Source of the DNA: Octopus bimaculoides
Taxonomy: Eukaryota
Length of the DNA: 64,000 bases
Reading direction: 5' to 3'
NCBI RefSeq assembly: GCF_001194135.2
Contig: NC_068983.1
Location: 6,026,600-6,090,599 of the forward strand
The position numbers and the translations under genes were made by a program. Shown one piece after another: positions 56,895-64,000 of this stretch. The notes below the pieces were generated by a model that did no database searches, had not been told where the DNA came from, and saw nothing but the letters and a program-made list of their open reading frames with translations. Every line of letters starts with the position of its first letter. Position 1 is the stretch's first letter.

Positions 56895-57171
56895 GCACAC
56901 GATCTTAACGATGTAGTTGCCCAGCAATGCTAAAACTGAGATAATATATTTTAGAATACATGTGAAAAGCCGAGGACCAGGTGTTTCATATAGACTTCAT
57001 AGTCAATTGAGATTTTACTAGAAAGGTATGACTGATATTCAGCCATATTGGTTGGCTTGGCCAGATTAAGCATCAGCCATATTGGCAGGATATAAGTCAT
57101 ATAGTCATGATAGAAATATTATTAGCAATTAGGCCCATTTGAAATTACTGGTGTCAGGAAAGAAAATGTGA

Positions 57172-57325
57172 ATACGTAGGAGTGGCTGTGTCGTAAGTAG
57201 CTTGCTAAACAACCACATAGTTCCGGGTTCAGTCCCACTGCGTGGTATGTCTTCTAGTATAGCCTCGGGCCGACCAAAGCCTTGTGAGTGAATTTGGTAG
57301 ACGGAAACTGAAAAAAGCCCCTCGC
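57172..57325 (+). mobile_element. SINE family A, 5' half (further fragment at about 56670-56745)
   Basis: GGAGTGGCTGTGTCGTAAGTAGCTTGC..CCGGGTTCAGTCCCACTGCGTGG..GGTAGACGGAAACTG. Confidence 0.88.
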
Positions 57326-57339
57326 ATACATATATATAA

Positions 57340-57370
<31 letters not shown>

Positions 57371-57521
57371 NNNNNNNNNNNNNNNNNNNNNNNNNNNNNN
57401 NNNNNNNNNNNNNNNNNNNNNNNNNNNNNNNNNNNNNNNNNNNNNNNNNNNNNNNNNNNNNNNNNNNNNNNNNNNNNNNNNNNNNNNNNNNNNNNNNNNN
57501 NNNNNNNNNNNNNNNNNNNNN

Positions 57522-57595
<74 letters not shown>

Positions 57596-58084
57596 ACTAT
57601 CGTTGACGTTAGTTTGTATACTCAATAACGAAGTTTGCCTTTGTCCCAGACTGCCTCAGCATCTCATTCTTTCATTGCACAATTGTAAAAGAGACTCGAG
57701 TTAAACTTAATGGCGGGATAATCCCATTTTGACGGAGAAATAGTTTTTTAAGGGGAGATAACCGGGATTGATTTGACACCAAAATTTCCATATTCGCCCT
57801 TAAACAACGAAACAGTGAAGTCTTGCATCCTTCTGGCATAAAAGCATATTTTTCATGAGTATCGTTAGAGACCATTCCTAAAACACGAAGCAACATTCAG
57901 AAGACACCAGAAGCCTGAATATTATTATACTCCACATTATGTTTTGAGTAACATTTCTGTTGTCCATTATACACGACTTATATATGTATATATATAAATA
58001 TGAATGCATATATGTGTACATGAATATATGTATTTGTATATATGCGTTTGTTTGTGTATACATACATATATATATACATACATA

Positions 58085-58153
<69 letters not shown>

Positions 58154-58385
58154 ATATGTATATATATATGCATTTGTATGTCTGTTTGTATGTATACATC
58201 CACACATAGAAACACATATCTATATATTCGGATATGTCTATGCATGTCTGAGTACGAATAATATAATTATATTCATATTTATAAACCTCTGTCTACCAAA
58301 ACCTCTATTTACATACACATAAATATACATTATGCATTTTGTGTATATATATATATATATATACATATATATACATGTATATATA

Positions 58386-58418
<33 letters not shown>

Positions 58419-58513
58419 GTGCGTGTGTGTGCATACATATATATGTATATACACTCAAATGCATACACTACGTCAAACGCACACACTACACATACACGCA
58501 CACACACATCCCT

Positions 58514-58547
<34 letters not shown>

Positions 58548-58833
58548 ACATACAAAGTTTATATATCAAAGTCGTTCAATCTTCAAAACGTTCTCCGCTG
58601 TGTCATTTATATGGCTGTGTTCATAAAAGCTATGTTCAACTTTCTGTTCTAATCGGAGAATTTTTATTTATCATTAAATGTCTTTACTGCTATTCAATCG
58701 ACCTCCATCTTTTTCCTACCAACCCCGTATTACAATCAATCCTTACCCACAACACGCACAAGCGCCATTTTTTCCCAACTTTCAGTTTCTCTTTCTCCCT
58801 TTCTTTTTTCGTTTCTTTCACTCTCTCTCTCCC

Positions 58834-58876
<43 letters not shown>

Positions 58877-60388
58877 CTTTTTATATTTTCTTCTTCTTTG
58901 CTTTCATATTTTTCTTTTTTTTTTTCCTTCTGTATTTCATATATGCATTCAATTTGTTGTTGTGAATATCTTCTTGATGTTGTTGATGTTACTGCTGCTG
59001 CTGTTGTTGTCGTTGTTGTTGTTGTTATTGTTTTCGTTTAGGTTTTTATTAATTCATTATTGAATTTTCTTTCGCATCATACGTGCGCGAGTATAATATA
59101 ATATATATGTGTGTATGTGTGTGTGTGTGTGNNNNNNNNNNGTAGTAGTAGTAGTAGTAGTAGTAGTAGTGATAGTGGTAGTGGTGGTGGTTGTTTTCGT
59201 TCAATAACTCTTTCCGTGTGTGCGTATACTTATATGCTAGAGAGAATGTGCATGTAGGTGTATGCATGTGAGTGTGTGTGTGTGTACAGGTGTGTGGGTG
59301 TGAGTGTGTGAACACGCACGCGCGCGCGTATTTGTCTATATAGAAAAATGGTGATTCTTGTTCCTGCTGTATTCAATTTTCATCTTTTTTCTTTCTTTTG
59401 CTTTTTTTTCTTTTTACCATTTTTACCTATCAACGGAACTTTTCCTTTCTTATAATATATTTCTGTCTAAATTCTCCCGTTAACTGCTGATTTTCATACG
59501 TATCCTGTAAGTTTTTTTTATTCTCTCATATTGTATGTATGTATCACACACATATATATATATATTTATATATATATATATATATANNNNNNNNNNNNNN
59601 NNNNNNNNNNNNNNNNNNNNNNNNNNNNNNNNNNNNNNNNNNNNNNNNNNNNNNNNNNNNNNNNNNNNNNNNNNNNNNNNNNNNNNNNNNNNNNNNNNNN
59701 NNNNNNNNNNNNNNNNNNNNNNNNNNNNNNNNNNNNNNNNNNNNNNNNNNNNNNNNNNNNNNNNNNNNNNNNNNNNNNNNNNNNNNNNNNNNNNNNNNNN
59801 NNNNNNNNNNNNNNNNNNNNNNNNNNNNNNNNNNNNNNNNNNNNNNNNNNNNNNNNNNNNNNNNNNNNNNNNNNNNNNNNNNNNNNNNNNNNNNNNNNNN
59901 NNNNNNNNNNNNNNNNNNNNNNNNNNNNNNNNNNNNNNNNNNNNNNNNNNNNNNNNNNNNNNNNNNNNNNNNNNNNNNNNNNNNNNNNNNNNNNNNNNNN
60001 NNNNNNNNNNNNNNNNNNNNNNNNNNNNNNNNNNNNNNNNNNNNNNNNNNNNNNNNNNNNNNNNNNNNNNNNNNNNNNNNNNNNNNNNNNNNNNNNNNNN
60101 NNNNNNNNNNNNNNNNNNNNNNNNNNNNNNNNNNNNNNNNNNNNNNNNNNNNNNNNNNNNNNNNNNNNNNNNNNNNNNNNNNNNNNNNNNNNNNNNNNNN
60201 NNNNNNNNNNNNNNNNNNNNNNNNNNNNNNNNNNNNNNNNNNNNNNNNNNNNNNNNNNNNNNNNNNNNNNNNNNNNNNNNNNNNNNNNNNNNNNNNNNNN
60301 NNNNNNNNNNNNNNNNNNNNNNNNNNNNNNNNNNNNNNNNNNNNNNNNNNNNNNNNNNNNNNNNNGAGAGAGAGAGAGAGAGAGAGAG

Positions 60389-60460
<72 letters not shown>

Positions 60461-60681
60461 GTAACTACTATAACGACTGTAGGTACGTGTGGATGCGAGC
60501 CTTGTGCGTGTAAATATTAATGGTGTCGTCGGGAAAAGTAAGCATTTTGAAAATCGCACAGGAAATGTTTGTGGGAGAAGTTGCTGTATATGGGTGCAAT
60601 AAATATATAAATACCTATGTGCATGAGTAAACTTTCCCGTTGCACCGGCTTCCATTTCCCAGAGCTTGGAACGGTGGCGTC

Positions 60682-60722
60682 GAACGAACGAACGAACGAA
60701 CGAACGAACGATCGAACGAACG
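60682..60722. repeat. (AACG)n tetranucleotide repeat
   Basis: Direct inspection. Confidence 0.9.
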
Positions 60723-61038
60723 CTCTTTGCTGACGTCCATGATTCTGGTGATGATGGTGATGGTGGTGGTGGTTGTGTGTGAACGGGGGGGTGGTGCATG
60801 TGTGTGTTGTATGTGTGTGCACAGGAATGTATTATAAGCAAATGTATCTGTATGCGTATGTATATATGTATGCATATATCATATGCGTTTGTCTATACAC
60901 ACACATACACATCCGTATACAAGCAAATAAATAGGCGTCATAGGTAATGTATATACATATATATAGAGAGAGAGATAATGTATATAAAGATAATATATGG
61001 ATAGACGCGTATATATAAATACATATATACATCCATAT

Positions 61039-61078
<40 letters not shown>

Positions 61079-61897
61079 NNNNNNNNNNNNNNNNNNNNNN
61101 NNNNNNNNNNNNNNNNNNNNNNNNNNNNNNNNNNNNNNNNNNNNNNNNNNNNNNNNNNNNNNNNNNNNNNNNNNNNNNNNNNNNNNNNNNNNNNNNNNNN
61201 NNNNNNNNNNNNNNNNNNNNNNNNNNNNNNNNNNNNNNNNNNNNNNNNNNNNNNNNNNNNNNNNNNNNNNNNNNNNNNNNNNNNNNNNNNNNNNNNNNNN
61301 NNNNNNNNNNNNNNNNNNNNNNNNNNNNNNNNNNNNNNNNNNNNNNNNNNNNNNNNNNNNNNNNNNNNNNNNNNNNNNNNNNNNNNNNNNNNNNNNNNNN
61401 NNNNNNNNNNNNNNNNNNNNNNNNNNNNNNNNNNNNNNNNNNNNNNNNNNNNNNNNNNNNNNNNNNNNNNNNNNNNNNNNNNNNNNNNNNNNNNNNNNNN
61501 NNNNNNNNNNNNNNNNNNNNNNNNNNNNNNNNNNNNNNNNNNNNNNNNNNNNNNNNNNNNNNNNNNNNNNNNNNNNNNNNNNNNNNNNNNNNNNNNNNNN
61601 NNNNNNNNNNNNNNNNNNNNNNNNNNNNNNNNNNNNNNNNNNNNNNNNNNNNNNNNNNNNNNNNNNNNNNNNNNNNNNNNNNNNNNNNNNNNNNNNNNNN
61701 NNNNNNNNNNNNNNNNNNNNNNNNNNNNNNNNNNNNNNNNNNNNNNNNNNNNNNNNNNNNNNNNNNNNNNNNNNNNNNNNNNNNNNNNNNNNNNNNNNNN
61801 NNNNNNNNNNNNNNNNNNNNNNNNNNNNNNNNNNNNNNNNNNNNNNNNATATATTTACAAATATATAGATACAAACATACATATACATATTTATATT

Positions 61898-61939
<42 letters not shown>

Positions 61940-62239
61940 TATGTATATAATTATGTTGTGTATGTGTGTGTGTGTGTATAGGTGTGTGTGTGTGTGTGTG
62001 TGTGTGTGCCGTTCAGATATTGGGGTCTAGTTTTGAAGATGTTCTTTGGCATATATTTAGAATATATATACACATGAATATATATGTGTGCGTGTGTGTG
62101 CGTGTGTGTGCGTGCACAAGCAAACGTATCTAGGTGCGTGTGTATGCATCGATGTATGTGCATATGTATATAACGAAATTTACTTTTTTCTCATTTAAAT
62201 GTATTTTTTGTTTGCGTTTACTTCTCCTATAGTTTCTTT

Positions 62240-62289
62240 TGTCGCCATCATCACCATCAACATCACCATCATAATCATCATCATCATCA

Positions 62290-62340
<51 letters not shown>

Positions 62341-62569
62341 TCAACATCAACGCGAGCAGCAACAGTAGCAGCAGCAGCATCACCACCATCCTGGTATTCA
62401 TCATCATCATCATCATCATCTTCATTACCGCCATCGTCGTCTTCATCTCATTTCTCGTCATCGTCATTATCACCAAACCATCGTCATTATCGTCATCGTC
62501 ATAGTCCCCCTCCTCCTCCTCCTCATCATCATCATCATCATCATCCTCCCCATCATCATCACCATCATC

Positions 62570-62600
<31 letters not shown>

Positions 62601-62695
62601 CCATGACCATCATCATCATCATCGTCGTTATCATCGTCGTCATCATCATCACCACACCATCATCACCATCGTCATCATCATCATCATCACCATCG

Positions 62696-62733
<38 letters not shown>

Positions 62734-62934
62734 GTCACCATCATCATCATCGTCACCATCATTGTCACCACCATCATCACCACCACCACCACCATCATCA
62801 TCGTCATCATCACCATCATCACCACCATCATCATCATCATCGCCATCAGCATCGGACGCATTGTCANNNNNNNNNNNNNNNNNNNNNNNNNNNNNNNNNN
62901 NNNNNNNNNNNNNCCCATCATCATCACCATCATC

Positions 62935-62965
<31 letters not shown>

Positions 62966-63060
62966 CCATGACCATCATCATCATCATCGTCGTTATCATC
63001 GTCGTCATCATCATCACCACACCATCATCACCATCGTCATCATCATCATCATCACCATCG

Positions 63061-63098
<38 letters not shown>

Positions 63099-63231
63099 GT
63101 CACCATCATCATCATCGTCACCATCATTGTCACCACCATCATCACCACCACCACCACCATCATCATCGTCATCATCACCATCATCACCACCATCATCATC
63201 ATCATCGCCATCAGCATCGGACGCATTGTCA
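62240..63231. repeat. (ATC/GTC/ACC)n compound trinucleotide tract, containing a probable assembly duplication
   Basis: Direct inspection. 62549-62866 is repeated exactly at 62914-63231 across a 47-N gap. Confidence 0.9.
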
Positions 63232-64000
63232 TTTTACTTTTTTTATCCTTCTTATTTACCATTCTTGTTAATATTAATGTTATTGTTGTTGTTGTTGTTG
63301 CCATTATCATTATAGCTGTTGTTCTTATTCTTCTTCATGTTGCAGCTGACTCCTGGCGTTGCTATGGACGTTGCTGATTGTGTTGATGTCCATGTTCTTT
63401 TTTTTTGAGGGAATTTTTTAAAAAATTATTATTATTAATTTTTTTTTGGTTATTTTACATCTTTATATTTTGTTACTTTTCTTCATTGTTGTTATTTATA
63501 TAATCGTTGTTGTTGTTGTCGTCGTCACCCACATTGTTGTTGATTGTTTTGTTGTTGTTCCTGTTGTTGTTGTTGTTGTTGTTGTGACCAATGAATTCAA
63601 AGCAATAAACGTAAATATTTAATAAATAAGTGTAAAATGGAACAGAAATGAAGTATATTTCCGACTCTCTCGTAAATGAAATAAAGCTACGTAAATGTGT
63701 GTGCGTGTGTATATATATATATGTGTGCGTGTGTGTGTTCGTATATATATATATGTGTGTGTATATGTGTGTGTGTGTATATGTATGTGTGTATATGTGT
63801 GTGTGTATATATATATGTGTGTATATGTGTGTGTGTATATATGTATGTGTGTATATGTGTGTGTGTGTATATGTATGTGTGTGCGTATATATATGTGTGT
63901 ATATATGTGTGTGTCTGTGTGTGTGTGTCTGTGTGAGTGTGTGTATGTGTGTGTGTCTGTGTGTATCCACTTATATATAACTATCTATCTATCTATATAT

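Noticed and set aside
62549-63231. 318-bp perfect tandem duplication and the poly-Ser/His/Met ORFs in it
   Set aside because: Exact identity of a slippage-prone tract on both sides of a 47-N gap indicates unmerged contig overlap; the ORFs are trinucleotide artefacts.

Overview
AT-rich, microsatellite-dense animal genomic DNA from a gappy short-read assembly; most N-gaps are flanked by (AT)n. The repeat landscape points to an octopus/coleoid cephalopod (inference). One credible protein-coding unit is present: a 959-aa minus-strand ORF (11877-8998). It encodes a very acidic Glu/Pro/Val/Ile/Thr-rich protein built from 13-residue modules with Cys-rich ends, and has a poly(A) signal and candidate 5'UTR exons. 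The rest is at least three tRNA-derived SINE families (many clustered and nested), three Tc1/mariner transposase relics, several TIR/foldback elements, minisatellites and simple repeats. The most unusual signal is a set of type I hammerhead ribozyme motifs: 28765-28841 (+), 56115-56162 (-), 55436-55465 (-) and a decayed one at 180-211 (-). Two of them sit in small non-coding elements carrying a long inverted partial copy of themselves, as expected for non-autonomous Penelope-like/retrozyme elements. Everything was read by eye; no searches or folding programs were run, and SINE boundaries are approximate.
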